From: the human T2T-CHM13v2.0 reference genome, Homo sapiens
Assembly: GCF_009914755.1 (NCBI RefSeq)
Contig: NC_060947.1
Strand: one strand, 5' to 3'
DNA length: 64,000 bases
Shown: positions 1 to 13,294 of the stretch, in pieces
Numbering within the stretch: position 1 is the stretch's first letter
How the letters are laid out: each line of letters begins with the position of its first letter
The notes under the pieces: generated by a model
Told to the model about the DNA's origin: nothing
The model's input: only the letters and a program-made list of their open reading frames with translations
The model's database searches: none
Program-made: the position numbers and the translations under genes

Positions 1-2989
1 ATAATAATAATAATAATAAGGTTCACCTGATTGAAATAGCCTCTGTATTGAAGAACACCAGCAGGTGAAGTTCGCTTAGCAGATCTGAGCTTCCTGTTAC
101 CCTAAACACTGCCAACCTTGACCTACCTCTGAAAGCCAGTGGGATGAGGTCTAGGGCCAGGTGGGAACCTTGGGAAAGGCATGCCCTACTGTTTGACCAA
201 GGGGATGAGGAGGCTGGGTACTCCAGTGATGGAGACCCTTTCCCCACCTTTTCTCTCACCTCTCCTCCACCCAGTGCCCTTTCACCTTTCCTTTCCAGCC
301 CCACACCCATCCTTCCGCCCCACTTCCCCATTTATTTCTCTCTGCTCTTTCATTTCCGTGGCCAGCCGCCTCCCAAGCCCTGCCCTCAAGCTTCCCCTCC
401 CTTTTCTTTCATGCCCATAGCCTACCTGGATCTCCTCTCCCTCGTCGGGCCCACCTCCCTCCACCCTTGGGATCCTGGTCACCCCCTCCACTGCAAGGGG
501 GAGAAGGGCTGCACTGTGTGGAGGGTTCTCCCTACCTTGGCTGTGTTCTGGGGATTTCCCACCAGCCCTTGCGCTGCACTGGTGATGCCCGATGTAGCTG
601 AAACTCTGCCCCGCTCGGGGTTACTGGCCTGGGATCAGCATAGGAGATGGGTTTAAAACAGGATGCAGGGAGGCTGCTGGCAGACAGTTATTTGAGGAAA
701 TGCATTTCTTAGGATATAGCTTTCAAGAAGGTGCTGTTATTGTGCGTCACACATAGAGTGGCTGTAATGCGCCAGGGCAAATGAAAATTATGTTTATAAA
801 ATAGGGCACCTTGTCAAGATTAACTTGTGTGAAATTCCCAAGAATATACCTCAAACAGTTTTTTATGTCAGTGCATGATATTGTAGTAACTCTCCCAGTT
901 CTAGATATCTTTATTTTAAAAGGAATGCTTGTGTGCAGACACATTTTTAGGTGGAGGTTAGTATGTTTTAGTTCTCAGGATTTCTAGGAGAATAAATAGC
1001 CATAACTTGATAGGATTGGTATGAATAGTACTTGGTCTTGGGAAGTTTTCTCCATGAAAATGTTTCATGTTGACGTTTTGCTCCCTCCCGTCTTGGTTTT
1101 ACACTCATTCTTCACAGAACTGTCATTTATAGGAACTTATCCCCTGGCCATCTCTATAGGTGTCTTTCTTGCCCAGATAAGGTGAGAATCATTTTGGAAA
1201 CCAACTTCTTGAGAATCCACAAGAAATGGGTTTTAGCCACAAGGGATCATTGCATTGCATTCTATAAGATGAGAGCTTCTACAAGAAAAAATTCTGGAGC
1301 CAGATATTTTAGGGAAGACAGGGGGCTGATAAGTGAATTGTTATTTTAAATGGTTTTCATTTCCCCTCATCCTGATTTAGAAGAGGAGAGAAAACTCTCC
1401 TTAGAATCAGTGGGTAGTCCTGACTTGAATGGGTTTATTTTCTTTTTCTCTCTTGAATTGTCGGTGTATACCCGTGTCTTTCTTGGTTTATCCTTCATCC
1501 CCATTCCTCCGGATACCCCTATTTGCATTTAATCTGTTTGGTCACATAACCTCTCAAGTAGCGATCTTGGAGGTTTCAAAACTTAACATTTCATTTTCCC
1601 CGCTGGGTCAACTACCAGTCTGGAAGCACCAGGGTTTCCAAGGTTAGGTTACAGTGAAGGCACAGGGGACATCTTCCTGTCTCCTCTGCAGAGCCAGCGC
1701 CACTGTGCAGTGGGGTGTGGACCCCGGCTCCTCCCCAGGCTCCCAGGCCTGCAGCTGGCACAGGGGTCCCCAGAACCTGTGAGGGGGTCCTTCCCTCTGC
1801 CTCCCTGAGGGACTTGGTGATTCTTAGCCCTCTCTAACAGAGGGAGAAGACGCTGTCAAAAATGTGGTTTGCCCAAACCCACATAGAGCTGGGAAAGGGG
1901 CCAGGGACTCAAATAGCAGAGATTTCCTGGCCATCCATCAGTCAGGTTACATCAGTATACTCCATGTGGATTCCACTGGGTGCCGGCCTGGTGGCTGACC
2001 CTGCCTTTAGAGGGAACTCATTATTGTGTATTTGAAGTGTAAATACCTCTTTTCCCAGATGTTAATCTTGTTTCAGATATTCGATGGAGAGGGTTCACAT
2101 AATAAATAATTCCCTCCTGAGTCGGCTTGCGTGGCTCCTGAGAGCAGCTGGTCAGGGCCCTTCTTGTCGGTGTCTCACTGGCTTTTAGCAAAATGGAGAC
2201 GAAGATGAAAGGGAAACCTTAACTATAGCTTGAATCCTTAGGGTGGACTAAGCACTCAAAGCCTTCCATGCAAAGCAGTGTGGCTTATAAATTGGAGGCA
2301 TTTTTCTTATTATTAGGACAAACCAGCACCCGAATTGGTTTGTCACCAGTAAAAGAATTTAAAACAGTGCCCGATTTGCACAGCTGAGATTTTGGCAACA
2401 GTATCTTACACATCTGAATGGGTGGAGTAAGATGGAGCATCATTCTGTGATATGTTTAAAATAATATACCATGAAATGATGCAGTAAGTGTTGGAGATAT
2501 CTTCCAGAAGTCTCAGGTCATTTGTTTTCATGTTTAAATTGTTTCCGCAAAGGCATTCTCTTCAACATAAGGAGAGCTAAAAATCAAATACACAGAAATT
2601 TTGTAAGTGTGTTGTTTTTTTCTTTTCCTGTTTAGACTTTATAACATTACACTATTTACCTGGGCTAAACAAAATAAATTATTTTGTACATAAAACCACA
2701 AGGAGATGGTTTAGCCTACTTATGGGACCAAACTGTTGTATTAGCCAGTGTGGGAGAATATTGCAGAGATGTGTGGCTTCATCAATGAAGATTAGATGTA
2801 AAGTCTTTTTAAAATATATGAGAATGTTGAACTAAAGATGGTTCAGATGGGACTTTGCTCGAGTTGCTTGAGTCTAGAAGGCAAAATAAATGTTTGTAAT
2901 TGTTACATAGGCCAGCCTTCCAAAATCCCAGCTATCCATAGAAAACAAGGGGTCAGCAAAATTGGCCATCTGCCTAGACTGGTAGGTTG

Positions 2990-3180
2990 TATGGGTCTGA
3001 ACTAGAGGCAGTCTTTCCCCAGGGGACATTTGGCAATATCTAGAGACATTTTTGGTGTCACCTTGGGGGAGGGGTAGTACTGGCATCTGGTGGGTGGAGA
3101 CCAGGGATGCCGCTCAACATCCTACAATGCAGCGGTCACCGATAGCCCACCCTGCCCCACCACAGCCAAGAATGATGCAC
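2990..3180 (+). mobile_element. MER20 (hAT-Charlie DNA transposon)
   Basis: ccccaggggacatttggcaatatctagagacatttttgg...tactggcatctggtgggtggagaccagggatgc...catcctacaatgca matches the MER20 consensus. Confidence 0.85.
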
Positions 3181-3285
3181 CCAGTAGAAGCACCATCCCT
3201 CTTCCACTGGTGACATCCGAACATGTCTACAGACACTGCCTAATGCCTCTTGGGGGGCATAATCACCCCTAGTTGAAAACCACTG
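3181..3285 (-). mobile_element. MER20 5' half, inverted, abutting previous copy
   Basis: Reverse complement begins CAGTGGTTTTCAACTAGGGGTGATTATGCCCCCC, the MER20 5' terminus. Confidence 0.8.
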
Positions 3286-4405
3286 CCCTAAACTGAGACT
3301 CTGAAATCAACCACTTAATCTCCTTTCCTCTGAGCTCAGGGGAGGGACGTGACTCCTGCGAGCTGCCTTGGCTTTTTGTAGGGGCACAGATAGAAGCCAT
3401 CCCCCAACACGGTGCCCTGGGTTCTGTGGTGGTCTCTGAGAACCCATGAATAAGGATCCCAGGGAAGCCTTTCTAGGTCGTGCTGCTTTAATATTATTCT
3501 AGATGCCGATTTAAAGTCATAAAGGAAGAAGAGCTAGGACTGTGCTGGAGGACCCTAAAGCCCATGGCCCATGGTTTCCTGTAATGCTAACCATGCCCGG
3601 AGTATCTAGTTATAAATAATTGTGCTGAGGTCATGAATATTTGACTTTGGTTCTCAAATATTCCTAAGAAAAAAGTCATGAAAGCCCCTGATGGTAAAAG
3701 GAGGAGAGCTGAGACCTAAGTGGATAGGAGACTCAGGAAAAAGCAAGTTAGAAATAAAGTTCAACAACCACAGGAGAGGAGAAAATGGGTCCAAAAGACT
3801 TGGGCTTTAGGCACATCTTACCTAAGGACAAAAAAGTAGAGAAAAGATCAAATGTTGAGAAAAGATTGAGCCATGCGGAGAACGGGCAGGGTGTTGAAGT
3901 ACCTGCTGCTCTCCTTAAACCCAGCATGCTGTTCACTGCTTTATTTTAGAGAGTGGGTGTAGTGGTCTGTTTCAGAAGACTCAAGTCTACACTGCCTCTG
4001 CCACTGAAGTTCCTTTTGACTCTGCAGAAGTCTTTACCTTTCATCTCCTTTCTGAAATGCTGTGAGCATTTTTCCTCCCAGAGACATTAATTGGGAACAG
4101 CAGTGAATGCCTAGTTCCTTGCAGTCCTTTGGCCCACACGCATTTCCAGCTGCCCACTGGCCAGACTGGATTCTAAATGCCAAAAGCTACAGGCGCTGAC
4201 AGAGTGCTTTTGAAAAGAAAGAAATGCATGAAATGCCCCGAATTTATGGGAAATATTTATACCCAGCAGTCCTTGAGCCATGCGTGTCCTTTAGGAACGG
4301 TGCTACCAGACAGCCGTCGGCATGGCCTTGCTCCTGGTGGTGCAGGCTCTGATGTTCCACTGATGTGAGCCCAAGAGAGGAATGACCAGTCAGCCTGTAA
4401 CCCCA

Positions 4406-4520
4406 GCTCCAGTGTTGTTAATGAGTGTCACCGATCAGGTTTCAGACGTTAGTCAGTGTCCCGGCTCCAGTGTTGTTAATGATGGCCACGGATTGGGCTT
4501 CATGCGTTAGTCAGTGTCTC
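4406..4520. repeat. Diverged tandem duplication, 58-bp period, 2 copies
   Basis: gctccagtgttgttaatga...cgttagtcagtgtc at 4406 and 4464. Confidence 0.85.
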
Positions 4521-4872
4521 TGTTAGGAGCTGAATTGTGTCCCTGCAAAAGGGATGTATTTAAGTTCCAACCCCTTGCATCTCAGAATGTGAGCTTATTT
4601 GGAGGTGGGATCTTAACCGAGTGTGACTGGCTTCCTTAGAAAAAGAGGAAATTTGGACACACTCGTACAGGGAAAAGGCCATGTGAACAGCCACCTCCAA
4701 GCCAAGGAGACAGGCTCAGAACAGATTCTCCCTCACAGCCCTCAGAAGAAACCAACCCTACTGACGCCTTGATGTCTCTGAATTCTGCACTCCAGAACCG
4801 TGAGAGAGTCAGTTTCTGTGAAGCCAATCAGCTTGTGGTACTTTGTTATGTTGGGCCTATGAAATTCATCTA
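4521..4872 (+). mobile_element. MLT1B-like MaLR solo LTR
   Basis: tgaattgtgtccc...ctcagaatgtga...caagccaaggaga...ccctcagaagaaaccaaccct...tgtggtactttgttat. Confidence 0.8.
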
Positions 4873-5216
4873 CTGTTACTAGCCTTTCCCAAATATTTCA
4901 GTCCATGAAATGCACCCAGCATGGCAACTCTTCAACTTACAGAAATGGAAAAGAGAAAGAATACTGTGCTTCAGCTAGTTTTCTCATTACCCAGAAATGA
5001 AAAGGCCTGACCTCTGAAACCTTGAGGAATCTCTTTTTAAGATGCCAGAGCCTGTACTTCTGCCTGATCCAAGCAGAGTTTGCTCGCTACCCCGGGCATC
5101 ACTTCTCACTGCCCAGGTGGCACTGGATGATGTCCAAGACTGGCCAGATCTGGATGGATTCCATAAATAGCTCGTGCTGTTTCTGGTCAGTGAAGAAAGA
5201 GGAAGGCAAAGCCACG

Positions 5217-6001
<785 letters not shown>

Positions 6002-6728
6002 CCGTCAATTAAAAGGTTCTGCTTTCATTGCCGCCAGGTTGGGAAAAGTTGCCAGGGTGGGCTTGGTGGAGGAGGGTCTCTCAGCAGGGCAGGGTCATTG
6101 CAGGGAAAAGGAGAGAGAAACAGAGACACACAAAAGCAGATAGATTGCCTTGGCAGAGGTGGCCAGCCTAGAGTCTTTGAGTTTTGTAGAGAGATCAATT
6201 GATTACTTCTAGAAATGTCCTCTTCAAAGTCTCTAGTTTTCTCTCCCATTTCCTTATACAAGGCTCTGGCCATATTACTACTTCTGGCACAGTTGATTCA
6301 GTGACTTTTGCATATAGGTTTCCCCAAAGCTAAAGCTAAAAACGAACAAACAAAAAAAGATTATTCATGAATATGCCACAAACTTTGCCCATAGATAAGA
6401 CTTTGTGATTACAAGCAAAATCTGATTGGAAAATAAAATACATTATATGTTAGAATACCAGGAAACTTCTTTTTGGGGAGCGTCTTTATGAAATGAAGCC
6501 ATGCTAACCTCCCTGGGACTGCTGATCAGAATGTGCTCCACCCCAAAGCCTCGGAGAGGGCAGGACAGCCAGTGACTCTCTCCTGTCAGTAGACACACTA
6601 AACCTGAATCCAGGATGGGAAATCAATGTTTGACACAGCTGTATCTCTTTCAGTTGGATCAGTAACACTCGCTCACTCACTAGGACTTCCATTTGCTTTT
6701 AGCTGCCTGCAATGAAAACCTGGCAAGA

Positions 6729-7099
6729 CGTCTTAGTCTGATCCGGCTGCTGTAACAAAATACCGTAGACTGAGTGGCTTATAAAAAATAGAAATGTATT
6801 GCTCATAGCTCTGGAGACTGGGAAGTCCAGGATCAAGGCACTGGCAGTTTTGGTGTCTGGTGAGGGCTGCTTTCTCACAGACAGCATCTTTTTGCTGTGT
6901 TCTCACATGGTGGAAGGGGTGAGAGCGCTCTCTGGGGTCCCTTTGATAAGGCACTAATCCCATTCATGAGGCCCCACCCTCATGACCGCATTACCTCCCA
7001 GAGGCTTTACCTCCCAACACCATCATATTGTAGGTTAGGTTTCAACATAGGAATTTGGTGGGCGGGGGGGAGGGGGTACACAAATGTCCGGACCATAGA
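6729..7099 (-). mobile_element. MLT1A-like LTR
   Basis: ggctgctgtaacaaaatacc...ctggagactgggaagtccaggatcaagg...gcactaatcccattcatgagg. Confidence 0.85.
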
Positions 7100-8364
7100 A
7101 TAGGACATTACAGCTTGAAAAAGCACTAGAGAGAATGACGTTGTTCCTTTGTAACACAGAAAAGCATTCACCTCTCAATTTAGATGAGCCATTTTGACCC
7201 CAGTTGGTTCTGAAAATCCTTGTTGACAAACAAAATTGGAGAGGACCATAGCCTGCCTGCTTTTCCCGAGGCCCGGGGAAAGCTTTTTCATATGATGTTA
7301 TTATAATGTTAGGTGTAACAATAAATGAAAGTTTTGTATGGTCTGATTGGGTAGGACAGGCCTGAACACAGGCAAACCCATCTGCACAGCATGCTCAATT
7401 CAGTCAGTGTACAAACCCTGTGTCATGGGAGCAGAGAGAAGGGTCTGCTTCCATTCCGGAGGATGACAGAGGCTTAAGGACGGTGCTGGCGTTTCAGCTG
7501 AGCCTTTAAGAAGTGGAATTTTATCCAGAGGTGATCTTCTTGGAATAGAGAGAACAAACAGGTCAGGGCATGCAGACTTGATTACAGGTGCTCTGGGGAC
7601 CACTGGAATTTTTGTTGAACAGAGGATGATGAAATAAATCAGTGTTCTAGTGTGTTACCTTTGGGCAGTGGCGAGATCCGAGTCTCCATAGTGAACAAAT
7701 CAGTGCACAGACCAGGGCAGAAGTGCAGGGGAACATGGAACATTCAGGGCCTGGAGGGTGGTACCCAGGCCAACACTGCCCCCTTTTTCCAGCTCCCATC
7801 TCTGTCCACATAGTTGGGCCAGTGTAGACATCTGGGTCATATAGGGAGGCATTCCAGTGGCCCCATGTGGTTTCCATGGAGATCTTCAGGAAGGGGTTTT
7901 GGGGTGAGAGTTGGTATCTCGTGGCAAGGACACACTCCCTGGGCTAGGTACATATGGGTGGTTTTCTTGTCCTACAGATTGCAAAGATACAGGGGTAGCT
8001 GTTCTGCTCTGGGCAGCTTCTGTAGAGACAGGATGTGTATTTGCTTGCCTGCTCCTGGAAGCCAGTCACTGAGGCAGACCTCTTTACTCGTCCAGAAGCA
8101 TGACTTGGGGATGATTATAGTTCAAGGACATAAGGCCTAGTGGTGTCTTTCATCAGCGCCCCCCATTTTACATTTCTGGGATCCCCCTTTCTCTTTTACT
8201 CTGATCTGGCCTCCCTTCCCACCCCTCTGGCCACTCAGGTGAGGAGATGCCAGATCCCAGGTGGGCAGGAAGGAATCCCACTGAATGAGATCCTTGGAAT
8301 TGCAGCGTAGCCTGGAGCTGTATGTTCATTTTAGATAGAAATATTGACACTATTGACACTATTT

Positions 8365-8772
<408 letters not shown>

Positions 8773-10267
8773 TTATAAGCACAGCGATATTCTATGCTAT
8801 GTACAGCTCTCATATATAGAACTCTCTAGAATGGCTCAAGTTACCATTAAGCCTCAGGTGATATCAAGGTTATAAAATGTAAAATGAATGATCATGATCA
8901 TTAAGTAGAAATCCTGGCTGTGTCTTCCAAGTTCTTTTTCTTTCTTTCTTCCTTTTTTTTTTTGGAGATAGGTACTATCTGCATTTCAGCTTAGCTTGCC
9001 GCCAGTGTTCTGGTTTCTTGACCATGCTGAGTAATTTTCAGCCACACCTTGTATCCCTTAGAAGCCCTTCTTGATTCTGAGGTACGGGGCTCAGAAAGCT
9101 TTGTCCTGGGAGGTTGTAAATTAGGAAACATGAAAATCAGATCAACAACAGTGGCTGGTCCTGGCTGCAGGGCTCATCTGCCTGGAGTAGCTTGAAGTTG
9201 AATGTTAATATATACTTTTAAATTGCAGTTGTTTAATTAGGTAAAGTGCACAGGTGACTTTCTCACACTAAATGGATGATGAGTATTGGGAAGAGTTGAC
9301 TAAAATTTCTCTATCTTTTGCCCATATCCAACTCTCATTGAATTTTAACTCTTATGAGATATGTGCTATTTAATAAATAATGAGTCTGAGTTTTCTCCCT
9401 TTTGGAAATGTCAGGAAAGTCTCAATGATTTTAAGTATCTTTTATTTTATAATAGCAATAGAATCTAGAATTTCTAAAATCAAACTGAGTTCTTGATTAA
9501 ATGTTGAAATGCTTGTCTTCATCCACCTGGGAGCAGTCGTTGTGAACGAGAAGCCCCAGTGCATAAATCATTGAATGATACATTGGAGAAGTCTCAGAGT
9601 AAAGGAAGATTTGTTTACTTTTCAGACATCCTGGAAGGTGAGCATCAAAGCAGGTGAGTGGCTGGCTCTTGGATTCAAGCTTCCCTGATCCTTTCCAGAA
9701 GTGTATCCTTCTCCTTTAAGAGAAGCCATGGCAGAATTTTTAATTAATTCTTCAGGAGGACTCATTACTGGGAGTGGAGAAAGAGCTCATTATAGTAATG
9801 GTTTCACATCCATTCTGTGGTTTGGTGACACAGGTCCCTCGGGTCCAGGCTAAGCCATTGTTCCGGGATCTCTTTTATTGATCTGAAACCCACCCACCAC
9901 CTTTGTTTTTAGAATAATTAGCTAGTGATGTCACACACAATAACGATTGTACTGTTTTAAAAGATCTGTAAATGCGTGTATGGCAGTGTGTATATTTAGC
10001 AGTTGCATACACAGATGTACTTATTTATAGGTATACATTTGTGGACAAGAGTTGGTTATCACTAAAATATCAAGTCCATGATTTTGGATCTTGTACACTC
10101 TCACAGAACACCGAGGGACACGGTGGAGGCACGCCGGACCCGGGCTGAGCTTGGTAACCATCTGGAGGGGACTGCAGAGGTTGACACCCAGGACTAGAGC
10201 TCAGTAGAGGGGCCGTTTCCTACCTGCAGTTCCCTTGGAAGAGAAGGGGTGAAGCTTACCATGTTGG

Positions 10268-10696
10268 TGGTGGTTTGTTTCCTGGGGCTGCTGTAGCAAC
10301 GTGCCACCAACTGGCTGGCTTAAAACATGTATGGTCTCCCAGTTCTGGAGGCCAGAAGTGCAGAATCAAGGGGTCCGCAGGGCCCAGCTACCTCTGAGGC
10401 CTCCAGGGGAGGATGCTTCCTGCATCCCCTTGCTGCTTTTGGTGTTGCTGGCGGTCCTTGGCTTGTGGGCACAGCACTTTCCTCTCTGCCTCGGTGACTA
10501 CATGGCCTCCCTGGGTGTCTCTGTCTTCTTGCAAGGACACCAGTCATGTTAGATTATGGCTCCACCCTGCTGCGATTTGACCTCATTTTACTTTAACTAA
10601 CTATCTGCAATGACCCTTTTTCCAAATGAGGTTCTGAGGTGCTGCACGTTAGGACTTTAGCATGTGATTTCTGCGGACTCAGGTCACCCCATAACA
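10268..10696 (-). mobile_element. MLT1C-like LTR
   Basis: ggggctgctgtagcaac...cagttctggaggccagaagt...aaggacaccagtcat...atctgcaatgaccctttttccaaat. Confidence 0.8.
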
Positions 10697-11715
10697 GTAG
10701 TCATGCCCCACCCCATCCCACTCCACCCTTCTCCCAATTCCCCTGGTATACTCCAGGGTGGCTCTGTGGCCACACATGACCCAGGCCCACTGGCCATTAG
10801 ACACTTTGGCAGGGTGGCCAAAGAAATTCTTTGTGCTGAATAAAATTAATGTGTAAATGCGGCGGTGCTCCAAGGGCAGTGTTGCGTGAAAGGGCAATAG
10901 AACCATGGCTCCTGATAAACAGAAGCCTGTTAAGCAGCAAGGTCAAAAGCCAGATGCAGAAGTCAGAATTAGCCGGGTAGACTTTTTATTTCACTTTCCC
11001 CCCCCTTTTTTTTTGCCAGTGGACTGCCAACTGTTCTCTTAACAGAAGGGCAGTTTTTGAGTAAATGAAGCAGGACTTGATCTGGGTTGTCGTAAATTGT
11101 CTCTCCCTCAAGAGGTAACTTCTCGTGTTTGCCAGTTCAGAGGTGTAGGGAGACATCTCTGATGTGTAGATGTCCTAGTTTGGGGTGCAGGGTGGCTTTG
11201 GGTCTGAGAGCCTGCTGTTGGCCACTGGGTGCGCGTGGGCTTCTCCACATGACAAGACGGGAATGCTGTGAAGGAGGCCGCTGTTCCGCTTGGGATGTTG
11301 GCCGAGCGCCGCTGGCCTGTGTCCCTGGAATCCTCTCTGATTCAACCATTGAACATTAACTCTGTGAGGTCACAGCCACCAGCGGGGCTTCTGAGCCCGG
11401 CCCTGTTCTGGCCATAGAGGGTCAGGAGGAGAAGACGTTTCACCCTTGGATTTTCTGTGTTTGGAATCCAAGGCCTTTCCCGTGGAGTCTTGTGAGGTTT
11501 TCTCGGGAAGAAATGATCCTCTGGGAGAGGCTTGGGCGCGAACTGAAACATCTTTCAAGACACTGTGGCTCTTTTCAGGGAAATGCTAAGCCAAGCAAAC
11601 ATCCACTCAGAAATGTTCTGTATTTGGAAGCCTCAGAGTGTTAGGGGAAGCCTTGACCCTGGAATGTCATCTCCTGGTGGTGGCGGCTTCACGTGGTAAA
11701 CAGGAGGTAACCTGG

Positions 11716-11743
11716 GTGTCATGTCACCCAGGTGACATGACAC
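11716..11743. repeat. Perfect 13-bp inverted repeat with 2-nt spacer
   Basis: GTGTCATGTCACC-CA-GGTGACATGACAC. Confidence 0.9.
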
Positions 11744-12510
11744 AGGGCCACACAGGATCATCTTCCAGTGGCAGTGGTGAAGATAGGGGATATGATTTCA
11801 CATCCTCATTAGAGCCCACACATGAGATCCAGCTTTATAATTGGAATCCCAGATAATGAGCATGTGAACGTCCGTAAGTTCCGCCTATTCTGGGTATGAT
11901 GTCACACTCATAAACAAGCTAAGCACACAAACTGGAATTTCACTTTGGAGGAAAAAAATTTCAATTCTGTTACATGAGATAATACAAGTAGTTTAAAGCC
12001 ACAGAGGGTCTCTTTCGATCAGGTAGATCTATTCTTCTGTGCTCATGCAATATGATAGAAGAGCTTCTTGCATCTTTATGTCAAGAATTTGCTAAAATAA
12101 ATCAGACAAGTTTAGGATTTACCTCATAGTAAATCAAGAACTTTAAGCAGGGGCTTTTCTTCTAATTAAAAATGTCATGTATACCACTTAGACATGGAAA
12201 TGCTTAGGTAAGTGGAGCAAATTATTCTCTGGGGATTTAGAAAAAAGAAAATCAGTCTGGTTTCTATGGCTGCATGAATCTGGAAGGTAAATTATTAACC
12301 CAGTAGACTAAGATTTTACTAAAAACAGACTAATTTGTTGTGGCAAGACAGTTCCAGTCTGTGTGCTAGGGCTTTTGTTTGCATGCTTGCTTGAAGGCAG
12401 ACAAGTCAAATTAAACAATAATTATTGGCTTGGAGGGGGAGCAGATGTATTGGATTAGTTTCTGTGCCACATTTCTCTCATTTCCACCAATGCACTCCAG
12501 TTTCAGCCCT

Positions 12511-12740
12511 TGTATCAGTTATCTGTTGATTGCTGTGTAACAAATGACCCCAAAACTCAGCAGGTGAAAACTACAAACGTTAATGATCTCACACAGGTTC
12601 TGAGTGTCATGAATCCAGGTGCAGCATAACCAGGTGGTTCTGGCTCAGGGTCTCTCGTGAGGTTGCAGCCTGCGCTGCAGCCTTTGAGACCTCGTGTGGG
12701 GCTGGGGGGTCAGTTCCAAGCTCCCTTAGGGTGTGGCTGC
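12511..12740 (-). mobile_element. MLT1F/H-like LTR fragment
   Basis: tgtatcagttatc...gctgtgtaacaaatgaccccaaaactcag...ggttctggctcagggtctctcgtgaggttgcag. Confidence 0.7.
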
Positions 12741-13074
12741 AGCAGAAGTGATGCACCATGTGCAACAATTCTCTTGGTCCTGTGGATCAACCTGGTGAAT
12801 GTGGGACAGGCCGGTACTGGAGTGTGAATGCCAGGGCTCACGGGGACCGACCGTCTGAGAAGCTGCCTGTCACGTCTCTCTTTGTCTTTTACACCCATAA
12901 ATGGGCACCTTGGTCAGAGAATAACTCCTTTTGAGTCCATAATCGTCTATCAGAAAATTCTGGGAAAATTACTTGTTGATTTAGCCACGTTCATGGCCTA
13001 TCTTTGGAGCCATCAGAGCCCACAAATGGAGACTGTCAACAGCTTAGCAGTCAGTTCATTAGAAAGTAGTGTTA

Positions 13075-13294
13075 CTGCAGCCTGGGCGACACAGTGAGAC
13101 TCTGTCTGTACAAAAACATTAAAAAATTAGCCAGGTGTGGTGGCGCATGGCTGTAGTTGCTGGAACTCGGGAGGCTGAGGTGGAGGATCACTTGAGCCCA
13201 GGAGGTAGAGGCTGCAGTGAGCCATGATGGCATCACTGCACTCCAGCCTAGGTGACAGAGCAAGACCGTGTCCCAAAAATAAATAATAAAAAAA
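13075..13294 (+). mobile_element. 5'-truncated AluJ
   Basis: End of left arm, linker, right arm (ggaggatcacttgagcccagg) and A tail. Confidence 0.9.

Noticed and set aside
144-656. 170-aa Pro/Ser/Phe-rich ORF
   Set aside because: By-product of a pyrimidine-rich low-complexity tract.
12203-12213. AG|GTAAGT recursive-site-like motif
   Set aside because: No polypyrimidine tract upstream.
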